Under the pieces are notes generated by a model, which saw nothing but the letters and a program-made list of their open reading frames with translations, was not told the origin of the DNA and ran no database searches. Both the position numbers and the translations under genes were made by a program. From NCBI RefSeq assembly GCF_006345805.1, contig NC_043005.1, positions 101,742,001 to 101,806,000 on the forward strand: a stretch of DNA of 64,000 bases, written 5' to 3'. Positions 27,327 through 38,863 of this stretch are shown piece after piece (the first letter of the stretch is position 1; each line of letters starts with the position of its first letter). The DNA comes from Octopus sinensis (taxonomy: Eukaryota).

Positions 27327-27979
27327 ACACACACAACTAATTATATATGTATGTTAGAAGAAAAAAGAACATGAAATTGGGTAATTGTTACATATTTACT
27401 ATCTCACTCCTTCCTCGTCTCAATCACTCTCTCGCGCCTCAGATTATGCATAGCCCCCTGCTTTTATTTTCACTCTATGTGAATCCCTTCCTAGAATGAA
27501 TACATTAACTGGTAGAACATGAATGTGCTCTTTATGAATAAGTAATGAATGAACTTTCTGTTACTATAAACTGATGAAGCACAAAACTGCAGAAGTAGCT
27601 TGTTAAAAGATAAGAATGTACTAAGAATATAAAATATTCAATATATTAAACGATAAATGTGTAAATATAGCGCTATGAATCACTTGAAAGGCAATTTATT
27701 TTCCACTTTTTCACTTGTCCCACTCCCTTGTACAAAATAAAGTATAATGCCCAATGAGAACATCACTCTTAAAAATGGAGCGCACCCAATCAAAGTCCCA
27801 CTTTTATACGAAATAAAAGTGTAACAGTCAATATAAATAGGTGAATTCAAACGCATGAAGTAGGTCACGATATCTGTAACTCGGGGGTGAATTGTTAATA
27901 GGAACCTGCATGAGAACACAGTGCGAGCGTCGATCTTGCCCAATTTGAGGACATACACAAACTATGAAAAATATCTGAT

Positions 27980-28352
27980 ACCAAATCAAAAGACTAAAGC
28001 GTTGACAGTCAAGTTACGTTGGTTTTCGTCTTAGATAAAATCTCATATAGGCCCGACATTCTGTGCCCCCATGTATGGCCTCTTAATCTCCCTGACTCTA
28101 AACCCATGGATAATTATGTGTGGAGCTCGATTGAGAAGTAACTGCAAGGCCGAACTTTTGGCCAACATGAAGGATATGTTCAAAGATCTTCACAGGGACA
28201 CGGAAAGAAGTGTATGCAACGGGTTCCGAAGCCGTCTTGAGGCCGCCGTAGACGCTGAGGGTGACCACATTCAATAAATTGTTATATTCTAGCCACAATC
28301 TGGTTCATAGTTTTCCCGATCTTTTGAAATACTTTTACTCTTGAAACACCCT
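27980..28352 (+). mobile_element. 3' part of a Tc1/mariner transposon, maT (DD37D)-like
   Basis: Frameshifted WPLNLPD..PMDNYVW (WPPNSPDLNPMDYYVW type), then KAELLA...CNGFRSRLEAAVDAEGDHIQ*. Right end ...gaaacaccctg (CAGGGTGTTTC TIR). Confidence 0.8.
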
Positions 28353-28405
28353 GCTTATATGCATGTATGTACGTATGTATGTATATTTGTATATATATAT
28401 ATATA

Positions 28406-28449
<44 letters not shown>

Positions 28450-28462
28450 ATCTATCTATCTA

Positions 28463-28506
<44 letters not shown>

Positions 28507-28533
28507 CTATCTATCTATCTATATATATATATA

Positions 28534-28566
<33 letters not shown>

Positions 28567-28606
28567 ATATATATATATATAAATGCACATACATACACAC
28601 ACTCAT

Positions 28607-28647
<41 letters not shown>

Positions 28648-28764
28648 ATGTTAACTGACTGTATATCTTTTAATATTTTGAGTTAGCATTTTGTCTGCCT
28701 TGGCAGATCTGCAATAACTAAAAAACATTTAATTGATTGAAGACAGTAATGTTTTAACAATTAA

Positions 28765-28931
28765 TACAGTTCTATATTCAAGAGGTGAGGAATTATGTAC
28801 ATTATTTACATTTGACGGATATTTGTCCTTACTTTGTTTGTTGTTAATACGTTTCGGCTGATCTACCCTCCAGCCTTCAGGTGTCTCGGGGAAATTTCGA
28901 ACCTGGGTTCTCTTCCTAAGCTATTTTTCGA

Positions 28932-28983
<52 letters not shown>

Positions 28984-29073
28984 GTTATTATTATTATTCA
29001 GGTCACTGCCTGGAAACGAACTCGGAATCGTGGGATTAGTAGCCCGCGCTCTCAACCACTACGCCATATGCCC
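28765..29073 (-). mobile_element. tRNA-headed non-autonomous element: Pol III head, (AAT)n, then a tail with a decayed PLE-type hammerhead
   Basis: Head GGGCATATGGCGTAGTGGTTGAGAGCGCGGGCTACTAATCCCACGATTCCGAGTTCGTTTCC (A and B boxes). Tail gacac-CTGAA-GGCTG-gagggtagat-CAGCC-GAAA-CG-TA at 28846-28885. Confidence 0.7.
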
Positions 29074-29499
29074 GTGGGCCCAACTTTGTCATATTCACAT
29101 AAACCCAAGAAGAGGACCCTAACATACAGAGAATGGTCTATGTTAAAACTACAAACGAATTTCCAGTCACGTAAACTAAATGGCAGAATTCATCAAACTA
29201 AGATTGGCCAATTGCTGCTGATGATGATGTCAGAATCTTTATAATTGGGCAACGGGATGGAATTCTCGCTTTGTTGAGGCATGACAGCTACTTAACGGAC
29301 TTCTTGTGACGGATACCTGACGAGGATCAACATGTTTCATTCTGCCCCTATTGGCGTTATATTTACTTTATCCTACTTCTGAGGGATTATATTTACATGC
29401 TGTTTAAATTCATTCTCTTAATTCTTTGTGAAAAAAATGTATTTGACCGAAATATATATGACAAATTTTTAATATATATGTATTAGGCGCTAGTGAACC

Positions 29500-29648
29500 T
29501 TCTGTGGCAAAAAACCTTGCTTCCTAACTGCATTGTTCTGGGTTATGCCCCTCTGCAACGCAATTTGGGCAAATGTCTTTAACTATATTATCGGGCCGTC
29601 TGAAGCCTTGGGAGTAGATCTGGCAGATGAAAACTGAAAGAAGCCCAC
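29500..29648 (+). mobile_element. old, diverged SINE family A 5' half
   Basis: gttctgggtt..ccc.ctgc...ttgggcaaatgtctt..actat...cgggccg..gaagccttg...aactgaaagaagccc. Confidence 0.7.
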
Positions 29649-29959
29649 TGCGGAGCAGATAAAACAGGGGGCAACTGATGAAGGGATTGTTCTTTATGTT
29701 GTCTGTCTCATTATCTAATTGTTTCTTTCGTTCTTCGAAAAAAAAGTTCGTTTTCGTTTTCCATGTTTTTGTTTTCTCATGTTCTCGCTTTTCATGTTGT
29801 TCTTGTGTTTTTGACGTCCTGTATACATATATATGCATGTATATATATATATATATATTGTGTGTGTGTGTAGGTATGCACATGTATGTATATATGCATA
29901 TATATATATCAATAATATATAAATATATATATATATATGATTACCGAATATATGTATGT

Positions 29960-30165
29960 ACCGCGTGTGTATTGTTGTCGATTTTCTTTCTCTGTCTTCC
30001 CTTCCTTGGACTTTTCCTTTCCCTATGTTTCTGACGAAGACCTCCACTCGAAACGTTAAATCCTCCTGCTTTCTTTCCTTCCTGGGCGTCCAATAACACA
30101 TACTTGTTCCACGTCCTCGCGTTCTTGTGTTTTTTCTTTTTCTCTTTGTGTTTTCATGTTTGGAT
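29960..30165 (+). mobile_element. Penelope-like terminal fragment with a minimal hammerhead remnant at 30028-30060
   Basis: ttt-CTGACGA-A-GAcctccacTC-GAAA-CG-TT-aaa. Stem II is reduced to 2 bp. Confidence 0.6.
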
Positions 30166-30239
<74 letters not shown>

Positions 30240-31030
30240 TATACTAAGTGCTTATGAGGTTTCGAATGGAAAGAGTTTGCTCTTTCACTGAGATGTATTT
30301 TATCCAAGCGTAGACCTGTTTAGCTCCATATCACGTAACATACTTTGGATTTCAGTAAATTTTTTTAGTATTAGTGATAACATTTTCGAAGTTCCTGTTA
30401 TTCTTTACAATCGTAATTTACGCCGTTTGAAAGGCATTTGTACAAACTTTCATTAAGAGATACAAAATTTCCTGAAAGATATGAGGTAAAATATTGGGAT
30501 CGTGTGAGATTTCCGAAACCCATCGGGTTGGAGAGAGGAGTTATACATATTCTGAAATGGTATTTGTAGAAACTTTTGTTAAAAAGTATCTATTTTTCTG
30601 GAAGTTATGAAGCAACATAATCGGGGGCGTATACCTCTGTAGTTATGCCCTTCTATTTATGCGATTATTTTACTTCATGCTTGTTTCATTAATTGTGTTT
30701 GCAATGTTTTCTCTATCCTCTCTCTCTCTCTCTCTCTATGTGTCACACACACACTCCCTGAAATCTTACAGATGGACTGCTGTATTGAAATCTCTATGTT
30801 GCTTTGAGGGGAAGGTAAAATTTGACAAATTGCTACCTCCTCCGTAGTTGGACTACCTTGAAGTTTGTTTAAAAAAGAGAGATTATGACTGTGATAAAAT
30901 AATGAAAGCAATATTTACTAAGCAAGTGAGCGCTATTATACATACAAAGAAATGATTAGACGTAAAATATCATAAAAATTATTAAAATTAGGAATCAAAT
31001 GTGAAAATATTATCAACTATCCAGGAGAAA

Positions 31031-31058
31031 ACCGCCCAGAGGGCGGTCATTTTGCTAG
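31031..31058 (+). mobile_element. Helitron-like 3' terminus
   Basis: Perfect 7 bp hairpin accgccc-aga-gggcggt, a 7 nt spacer, then CTAG followed by T. Confidence 0.6.
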
Positions 31059-31602
31059 TATGTATGTATAAATATGTATGTGTAGATATGTATAAATATA
31101 TGTGTGTGTACACATACATACATTCATATACACACACACATGCACGTGTATGTATATGTATGTATTTATACAGATTTACGCTCACCGATAATGTACTTAA
31201 TCCCACACAATACTTTAATTATGGAACAGCGCAGAACACAATCTGTTTGACTGCACATAGCGTTCTAATTGCAATCTGCTCGAGGAAACAAGCAGACGAT
31301 CTCATACATAACGCCAACTCACAGCCAGTCCTGTAGATACACAAGCAATTCTTAGCAAATTTTCCATTATAAAAAGACTTACATATAGTATTGTTTCCAG
31401 TCTAACATTACTAAAGTACCCCCTACTGCACTGTTGGTTAATGAATTGTCAAGATGGAGGAATCTATCGTGTCTTGTTTTATTGAACAGCTGTCATTTGT
31501 ATACAAGCAATCAGGATGAAAGTTTAGAAGGAATACCAGTTATAACTATACATACATACATATACATATATACATATATTATATAAACAGTCATACACAC
31601 AC

Positions 31603-31663
<61 letters not shown>

Positions 31664-31876
31664 CATGTACACACACAATATATATCTATATGTATACATA
31701 TATATACTTATGTCTGTCTGTCTCTTACTATATGAATGTATATATATTATATATATTTATATATAAATACATACATGCATATATATCCATACACACACAC
31801 ACATATATAGACATCTATACGTACACGTATATATACTTATGTAAGTATCTGTCTTCTTTGTCTCTCTATCTGTCTT

Positions 31877-31913
<37 letters not shown>

Positions 31914-32091
31914 TCTCTCTCTATACATATATTATATATATATATATGTATATATGTATGTATGAATGTATGTATATATATACATATGTATGTATGTATG
32001 TATGTATATGTATGTATGTATGTATATAATATATATAATATAATATATATATATAATATAATATATATCTATATAGATATACATGTATATG

Positions 32092-32143
<52 letters not shown>

Positions 32144-32602
32144 TAAAGATAGCCAAGTAGATAGAGAAAGAGACCGATGTGTATATAGATATCGTGGTAG
32201 GAATATACATATAAAATGGCGGGGCTCATAGCATGAAGCTAAATAAATATGGCAGTGAATTTCAAATACCTCCTCCCGTCCTATAGGAAGTATACTGGGT
32301 AACACTGCCGGATAATGTAACACCTGGTAATTGCAAAGTACTTCAGTTACATTGGAGCTGAGAGAAATCTCAGTAACATATGTGTAGATATTAAGTATCA
32401 ATACTTTGCTATGTTTGTTTTTCAACATGGTATCCACTTAGAAAGCTGTAAATCTACATCCACGTTTAAGCCGCTTATCGTAATATATAAACGGCTAATC
32501 TCACAGAAAGTAATCACACATATGGTATTATATATCACATACACAAATACAAAAACACGCATACACATACACACAAATCCATGCACATACCACATTCCGC
32601 AC

Positions 32603-32658
<56 letters not shown>

Positions 32659-32693
32659 ATCTATCTATCTGTGCTTGTCTATCTTTCTGTGTC

Positions 32694-32724
<31 letters not shown>

Positions 32725-33399
32725 GTCTTCATATGCACGTTTCTATTTATGTATGTGTATTTAAGAGCAAGTACACGTATACATATGCGTGTATATGTGC
32801 ATGTGCCTATTTACTAGTTCGTATGCATGTGTGTATGCGTATGTATGGAATATAGAATTAGTGAGCCCAACAAATAGCGATTTGTTTCGTTCTAGGCAGA
32901 TCGCTTAACATAAATCATGCGCATGAATAAGGAGTTTTGAAGAATGGATACAGTTTTTATCCTATTCCTCTGAATAGTCAATGTTAGGGTTCATTAATAT
33001 GGTGAACAATAGTATAGATCCACTATACCGACAAGTATGTATTTATATATGTGTGTGTATGCATCTGTATGTATGTATGTATGTATTCTGCATATTCATG
33101 TGCTTGCGTGTCCGTGTTTGTGTGTTATTTATGCATGTGTGTGCCTGTATTTGTATATGTATGTACCATTGTCTCCTGGTGTATGCATGTCTGTGCGTAA
33201 GTGTGTGTATGTTTTGCAACTATGCCCTATCTTTGTATGTATGGATGTGAATCTCCATATGTGTGGACGTGTCTCCGTATGTGTCCTTGTGTGAAGTAAA
33301 GTGTGTGTGTATATATGGTCATGTGTTTCAGTCTCCATTTGCGTATGTGTGCTCGTCTGTTCATATAGCCTATCTACCTATCCGTGTGCATGTTGATCT

Positions 33400-33620
33400 G
33401 TTTATTTTCATATCGACTAAATGAACATCTGAGACAATATGACGACAAAAATCAGTCCTCCATATTCTACCAACATGCCAAAGACCAACATGGAGGCAAC
33501 CAGGGTTAACTTGACATCCGCATCTTATCCAAGCATCCAAAATACCCAACACTCACACAAATACAAGAGTACGTCCTTAGAAATGAAACTTCCCCAATAC
33601 TAAATAGGAAATATACATAA
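33400..33620 (+). mobile_element. decayed Penelope-type GIY-YIG endonuclease C-terminal fragment
   Basis: FSYRLNEHLRQYDDKNQSSIFYQHAKDQHGGNQG*LDIRILSKHP...QIQEYVLRNETSPILNRK fits the R..EH...S...H...H...E...P.LN pattern. Confidence 0.6.
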
Positions 33621-34439
33621 TAGATATCATAGCCCCATATCCACAGTTTACACAGGTAGAGTAGAATAGTTAGTGGGCTGTTATGTAGGTAGATGTATGT
33701 GTGTGTTTGTGGGTGTATGTATGTATGTATGTGTATATGCACATGTATGCAAGCATATGGATATGAAAATAAACAGATCAACATACAGACGGTTAGGTAC
33801 ATAGGTTATATGAACAGACAAGCACACATATGCAAATGGAGACTGAAACACATTACCATACGCACACACACACACTTTACTTCACACAAGGATACAGAGG
33901 TGCATATATATACAAACAGACGCACGCACACACCTACATAAAAGAACACACAAACACGGACATGCAAGCACAAGACTATGTAGAATACATACATACAGAT
34001 GCACACACATACATATATATATATATATATACATACATATGCATACACACACATATATACATACATACATACATACATGCATACATACATGCATGCATGC
34101 ATGCATAGGCACACACACACACACACTGACCCACACACATGCACACAAACAAACAAAAAGGAACGTAGTGTAAATAACGGACAAAGTCAAGACTATTGAA
34201 AAGGTTGCAAGACGCAACGAAAATTTTTGGATCATAAAAATAAGAAATGAGTGAAAATTTTACCGGTGTGTGTATTAAATTATAAGGCACAAAAAGAAAA
34301 TGACTCTCCCCAGTCACAACAGTATATATATATATGTATGTGTGTGTGGTGTATGTGTGTGTGTGTGTGTTGTGTGGTGTGGTGTGTGGTGTGTGTGTTT
34401 GTGTGTGTGTGTGTGTGTGTGTTGTGTGTGGTGTGTGTT

Positions 34440-34477
<38 letters not shown>

Positions 34478-35599
34478 ATAATCCCTCGATTATCGCGGGT
34501 GTTCCGTTCCACTCCCACCACAGTAGGTGAACCGCGATATATATACTAGCAGTATTGCCCGGCTCGTGCGCTCGTGCGTTCTATGCACGCGCAAATTAAG
34601 CTAAACTTGGATGAAGTTCAATCAAAATTTAATTATTTTGGTTTTAAACTCTAGCATTTAATGCCCTCTATTTTTGCGCTTATGTGTTCCATTTCCTCAA
34701 TTGGAGGTACGTAGAAGCGTTTCATAAATTTTTGTTGATCAAATAATTGCATTGTTGAATTATTCTTTTAGATCAGTATTTCTCAACGGGGATTTCAGGG
34801 AAGAGTTTCAGGGAGTCACTGGCGATGTATCGTGATGATCAAAAATTCGGCCTGCTATAATTAGGTTAAAGTGATTCAAACTGTAATCTCAACGCAAAAT
34901 GGTCACATTTAATTCAAAGCGTTAAAAATGTTATGAAAACAATTGGTATGTATCCAAACGATTAATACGAAAAAACCCTCCAGGCTACATCCCGAACATT
35001 CATTTCTTTGCCGAATTTCTACAATGTTTACGGCGATTCGTTTTTATATCTTGATTTTTCATGCAATTTACGCATGCCTGCACGTGTGGTGAACACAGTT
35101 CACGTCAAACAGCTGACTGAGTAAAGTTCACTATTAAATGCATGGGATAAGGCCTAAAAAAACGCATTATCTATATTTGCACTTGCGAGATGAATTTCGG
35201 AACAGAAATAGTGCAGTTCAATTTTCATTCGCCTAAACTTTAAGTGACACATTTTTGGTGGTTCTAATTTGTTGGCTAGGAGGAGATGTACCGGGAAGTT
35301 AAACACCAGACACACACCGATACACACACAGACACACAAGTTGAGTTTTATATATATAGATATATATCTATGTGTGTGTGTGTGTGTGTGCATGTGTGTG
35401 TATGTATATAAAGAGCAAAATACTGAGTTGTAAGATCTGACGAAGGTGCATATATATATATATATATATATCTATATTGTATAAAGGGCATATTACACAT
35501 AAATGCCTCACACTAGGAGGGACAAAGTCATTACTACCAAAATTATACTAATCATACCCAATGCAGTTCTTCAAAGCAAGACATTTAAAAATGAATTAT

Positions 35600-35653
35600 G
35601 TTCTGTATCACCGTGATTTCACATACAACTTGCGTCTAATGATCGTCGCAAAC
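35600..35653 (-). ncRNA. type I hammerhead, array copy with a damaged core (CTGACGA reads GCGACGA)
   Basis: Same motif as the other copies, with small deletions that may be sequencing or assembly errors. Confidence 0.55.
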
Positions 35654-36070
35654 TGATTCTGAATACATCATAAATAAACAAACCTTATGTAGCGAAGACG
35701 AACAGACAACTGTTCACTCCGGCCAAGCACATGGAATGTTTATAAATCATATATCGGTAAATGGCGGGCTTTTTTACGAACTGCATGTCGGTGGGTAATG
35801 AAAAGTATTTCGGAATAAGTTTAACAATAAGGATAATCTCTTAATAAGGGATCTTAACAAGAAATTATCGGTAGCTAGCGTGAAAACCTCATAAAAGAAA
35901 AGAATCCGAAAATAATTTTTCTTTTGAACAAATTAATTATATCTATATTGTATAAAGGGCATTATTACACATAAATGCCTCACATAGGAGGGACAAAGTC
36001 ATACTACCAAAATTATACTAATCATACCCAAATGCAGTTCTTCAAAGCAAGACATTTTAAAATGAATTAT

Positions 36071-36125
36071 GTTCTGTATCACCGTGATTTCACATACAAC
36101 TTGCGTCTAATGATCGTCAGCAGAC
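36071..36125 (-). ncRNA. type I hammerhead ribozyme, array copy
   Basis: Core CTGACGA...GAAA...TA intact. 1 nt is missing in the 5' strand of stem I. Confidence 0.78.
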
Positions 36126-36554
36126 TGATCTGAATATCATAAATAAACCAACCTTATGTAGCGAAGACGAACAGACAACTGTTCACCTCCGGCCAAGCAC
36201 ATGGAATGTTTATAAATCATATATCCGGTAAATGGCGGGCTTTTTTACGAACTTTATACAATATAGATATAATTAATTTGTTCAAAGAAAAAAATTATTT
36301 TCGGATTCTTTTCTTTTATGAGGTTTTCACGCTAGCTACCCGATAATTTCTTGTTAAGATCCTTATTAAGAGATTATCCTTAATTGTTAAACTTATTCCG
36401 AAATACTTTTCATTACCGACATGCAGTTCGTAAAAAAGCCCGCCATTTACCGGATATATGATTTATAAACATTCCATGTGCTTGGCCGGAGTGAACAGTT
36501 GTCTGTTCGTCTTCGCTACATAAGGTTGGTTTATTTATGATGTATTCAGAATCA

Positions 36555-36610
36555 GTTCTGCTGACGATCATTAGACGCAAGTTGTATGTGAAATCACGGT
36601 GATACAGAAC
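36555..36610 (+). ncRNA. type I hammerhead ribozyme, array copy; predicted cleavage after 36604
   Basis: gttctg-CTGACGA-tcattagac(gcaa)gttgtatgt-GAAA-tca(cgg)tga-TA-cagaac. Stem I is 6/6 Watson-Crick. Confidence 0.85.
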
Positions 36611-37029
36611 ATAATTCATTTTTAAAGTCTTGCTTTGAAGAACTGCATTTGGGTATGATTAGTATAATTTTTGGTAGTAATGACTTTGTCCCTCCTAGTG
36701 TGAGGCATATTATGTGTAATAATGCCCTTTATACAATATAGATATAATTAATTTGTTCAAAGAAAAAAAATTATTTTCGGATTCTTTTATTTATGGTTTC
36801 ACGCTAGCTACCCGATAATTTCTTGTTAAGATCCTTATTAAGAGATTATCCTTAATTGTTAAACTTATTCCGAAATACTTTTCATTACCCGACATGCAGA
36901 AGTTCGAAAAAAGCCCGCCATTTACCGGATATATGATTTATAAACATTCCATGTGCTTGGCCGGAGTGAACAGTTGTCTGTTCGTCTTCGCTACATAAGG
37001 TTGGTTTATTTATGATGTATTCAGAATCA

Positions 37030-37084
37030 GTTTGCTGACGATCATTAGACGCAAGTTGTATGTGAAATCACGGTGATACAGAAC
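37030..37084 (+). ncRNA. type I hammerhead ribozyme, array copy; predicted cleavage after 37078
   Basis: Core intact. The 5' strand of stem I lacks one C. Confidence 0.8.
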
Positions 37085-37505
37085 ATAATTCATTTTTAAA
37101 TGTCTTGCTTTGAAGAACTGCATTTGGGTATGATTAGTATTTTTGTGTAGTAATGACTTTGTCCCTCCTAGTGTGAGGCATTTATGTGTAATAATGCCCT
37201 TTATACAATATAGATGATAATTAATTTGTTCAAAGGAAAAAAATTATTTTCGGATTCTTTTCTTTTATGAGGTTTTCACGCTAGCTACCCGATAATTTCT
37301 TGTTAAGATCCCTATTAAGAGATTATCCTTAATTGTTAAACTTATTCCGAAATACTTTTCATTACCCGACATGCAGTTCGTAAAAAAGCCCGCCATTTAC
37401 CGGATATATGATTTATAAACATTCCATGTGCTTGGCCGGAGTGAACAGTTGTCTTGTTCGTCTTCGCTACATAAGGTTGGTTTATTTATGATGTATTCAG
37501 AATCA

Positions 37506-37561
37506 GTTCTGCTGACGATCATTAGACGCAAGTTGTATGTGAAATCACGGTGATACAGAAC
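37506..37561 (+). ncRNA. type I hammerhead ribozyme, array copy; predicted cleavage after 37555
   Basis: Identical to the 36555-36610 motif. Confidence 0.85.
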
Positions 37562-37984
37562 ATAATTCATTTTTAAATGTCTTGCTTTGAAGAACTGCAT
37601 TGGGGTATGATTAGTATATTTTTTTGTGGTAGTAATGACTTTGTCCCTCCTAGTGTGAGGCATTATGTGTAATAATGCCCTTTATACAATATAGATATAA
37701 TATAATTTGTTCAAAAGAAAAAAATTATTTTCGGATTCTTTTCTTTTATGAGGTTTTCACGCTAGCTACCGATAATTTCTTGTTAAGATCCCTTATAAGA
37801 GATTTCCTTAATTGTTAAACTTATTCCGAAATACTTTTCATTACCCGACATGCAGTTCGTAAAAAAGCCCGCCATTTACCGGATATATGATTTATAAACA
37901 TTCCATGTGCTTGGCCGGAGTGAACAGTTGTCTGTTCGTCTTCGCTACATAAGGTTGTGGTTATTTATGATGTATTCAGAATCA

Positions 37985-38040
37985 GTTCTGCTGACGATCA
38001 TTAGACGCAAGTTGTATGTGAAATCACGGTGATACAGAAC
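37985..38040 (+). ncRNA. type I hammerhead ribozyme, array copy; predicted cleavage after 38034
   Basis: Identical to the 36555-36610 motif. Confidence 0.85.
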
Positions 38041-38300
38041 ATAATTCATTTTTAAATGTCTTGCTTTGAAGAACTGCATTTGGGTATGATTAGTATAATT
38101 TTTGGTAGTAATGACTTTGTCCCTCCTAGTGTGAGGCATTTATGTGTAATAATGCCCTTTATACAATATAGATATAATTAATTTGTTCAAAAGAAAAAAA
38201 TTATTTTCGGATTCTTTTCTTTTATGAGGTTTTCACGCTAGCTACCCGATAATTTCTTGTTAAGATCCCTTATTAAGAGATTATCCTTAATTGTTAAACT

Positions 38301-38333
<33 letters not shown>

Positions 38334-38863
38334 GCGCGAGTATATGTCTATTTTTCAAATGTAGACGTGCTTACACACAAGCGTATATGTGTGTATGTGC
38401 ATTTGTGTGTGTGTCTGTGTGCCTGTGAGTGTACACGTACGTATGTAAATATACAGGCATGTATATGTATATATGTATATATGCATGTGTGTATATATAT
38501 GTATATGTTTATATATTTAAACACACACTAACTCCCTCTCTGTCACGCACACATATATATGTGTTTTATATATATATATGTGTGTGTGTGTATGTGTCTG
38601 TCTGTCTGTTTGTGTTTGTATATGTGTTTTTGTTTTTAAAAATATACAGTGTTTAAATGAGATTATTTAGATTTACAAAGCTTAAATACTTAAATGTGCA
38701 ACAAAACAATGAAACCATTAACAAATACAACCGCAGTTTGTGCTTTAATTTAAAATAAGTAACGTTCATTGGAATTTAGGCAAGTAACCACTTCCTCGCC
38801 ACATTTAATGAAATGCAAAAGCACAGTCACTGGCATACATGCACACAAACACATACATATAGG

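Larger units (their letters stand above)
35471..38301. repeat. tandem array of ~475 bp hammerhead-containing units (candidate retrozyme); 1.65 units in one orientation, then 4.3 inverted units
   Basis: Unit starts at 35471 and 35942, inversion junction 36252/36253, then units at 36253, 36728, 37200, 37681 and 38158. (TA)n on both sides. Copies differ mainly by 1-3 nt indels. Confidence 0.97.

Noticed and set aside
29001-29073. tRNA genes here and at 56650-56722
   Set aside because: Acceptor and T stems are broken and both continue into repeat bodies, so they are SINE heads.
35640-35730. Possible opposite-polarity hammerhead in the array unit (ctgaata...cataa/ttatg...gcgaag)
   Set aside because: No CUGANGA core or GAAA, and no stem I or III. 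I found only one ribozyme polarity. A covariance-model search for other ribozyme classes is still worthwhile.
36413-38139. 64-88 aa ORFs in the array units
   Set aside because: Non-ATG or weak starts, ends that vary with single indels between copies, and no recognisable domain.
35471-38301. Array as CRISPR or a classical centromeric satellite
   Set aside because: No repeat-spacer alternation. The single embedded block, ribozyme core and insertion signature fit a retroposed multimer better. The indel differences between copies may be long-read errors, so copy number and divergence are uncertain.
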